Source: Candidatus Jordarchaeales archaeon (GTDB taxonomy: Archaea; Asgardarchaeota; Jordiarchaeia; Jordiarchaeales; Freyrarchaeaceae). From it: a stretch of 5,349 nucleotides of DNA. This document shows positions 5,012 to 5,349 of the stretch, piece by piece; position 1 is the first letter of the stretch; every line of letters starts with the position of its first letter. The position numbers and the translations under genes were made by a program. Location of the stretch: the NCBI GenBank assembly GCA_038858525.1, contig JAWCFL010000022.1:11137-16485 (forward strand), written 5' to 3'. Under the pieces are notes generated by a model that saw only the letters and a list, made by a program, of their open reading frames with translations, was not told the origin of the DNA and searched no databases.

Positions 5012-5349
5012 TTGAATGAACCAGTTCTTATGGCTGAAGCAGAATTGAAGTGGCATGAAAAATTTAAGTTCGAAGCTAAAATAGATGGATTTCCATCTCT
5101 ACTAATGGATGAGCCCCGGGAGATAGGTGGTGACGCGTCCGGGCTCAGCCCTCTCGACCTCCTAGCGGCATCGATTGGTGGTTGCCTATCAGCGGCATTA
5201 ATGTTCTGCTTCAGAAAGGCGAGGCTTTCTCCTCAAGGTGTCTCTGTGAAGTCTAAAGCTGTCGTTGTGAGGGAAAATGGATACCTCAGAGTCAAGAACG
5301 TAGACGTTGAGCTAAACGTGGAGCTCGACAGTGAAACAGCCAAGAAGGC
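5012..5349 (+). CDS. OsmC/Ohr-family protein, 3'-truncated by window edge (absent from the ORF track)
   Basis: From TTG 5012 (RBS-like GGGGTG upstream; alternative ATG 5030) the frame reads MNEPVLMAEAELKWHEKFKFEAKIDGFPSLLMDEPREIGGDASGLSPLDLLAASIGGCLSAALMFCFRKARL...KK. It contains the DEP-x-x-x-GG-x-x-x-G-x-S-P-x-x-LL-x-A-x-x-G-x-C OsmC-like signature. The second family Cys would lie beyond the window. Confidence 0.88.
   Translation, partial: MNEPVLMAEAELKWHEKFKFEAKIDGFPSLLMDEPREIGGDASGLSPLDLLAASIGGCLSAALMFCFRKARLSPQGVSVKSKAVVVRENGYLRVKNVDVELNVELDSETAKK

Noticed and set aside
1-5349. CRISPR arrays, tRNA/rRNA genes, IS elements, selenocysteine/pyrrolysine read-through or programmed frameshifts
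   Set aside because: I saw no regularly spaced repeats, cloverleaf or rRNA-like segments, transposase motifs or terminal inverted repeats. All main ORFs are full-length for their families, with no in-frame stop needing recoding.

Overview
Archaeal-looking genomic window (TATA/BRE-type promoters, GGTGA/GGAGG ribosome-binding sites, frequent TTG/GTG starts; the lineage cannot be determined from sequence alone). Gene order: 3' end of a probable inositol-3-phosphate synthase (+), a UbiA-superfamily prenyltransferase (-), a translationally coupled metV / metF-like pair (+), a DUF47/PhoU-like protein (+), a 281-bp unexplained gap, acylphosphatase (+), a nitroreductase-family flavoprotein (-), and the 5' part of an OsmC-family protein (+). 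The main observation is that the MetF-like subunit appears, by manual alignment from memory, to have replaced several folate-binding/catalytic residues (equivalents of E. coli E28->Q, D120->S, Q183->Y, K172->M, H273->S). It is still a full-length ORF coupled to an intact 13-Cys MetV, with no electron-input genes nearby. This points to a pseudoenzyme or a repurposed MetVF complex. Secondary signals are an RBS-equipped 11-aa uORF coupled to the DUF47 gene, a candidate leaderless hydrophobic mini-ORF before the OsmC gene, and inverted repeats over two promoters. No rRNA, tRNA, CRISPR array or mobile element was recognised. No database searches were run.
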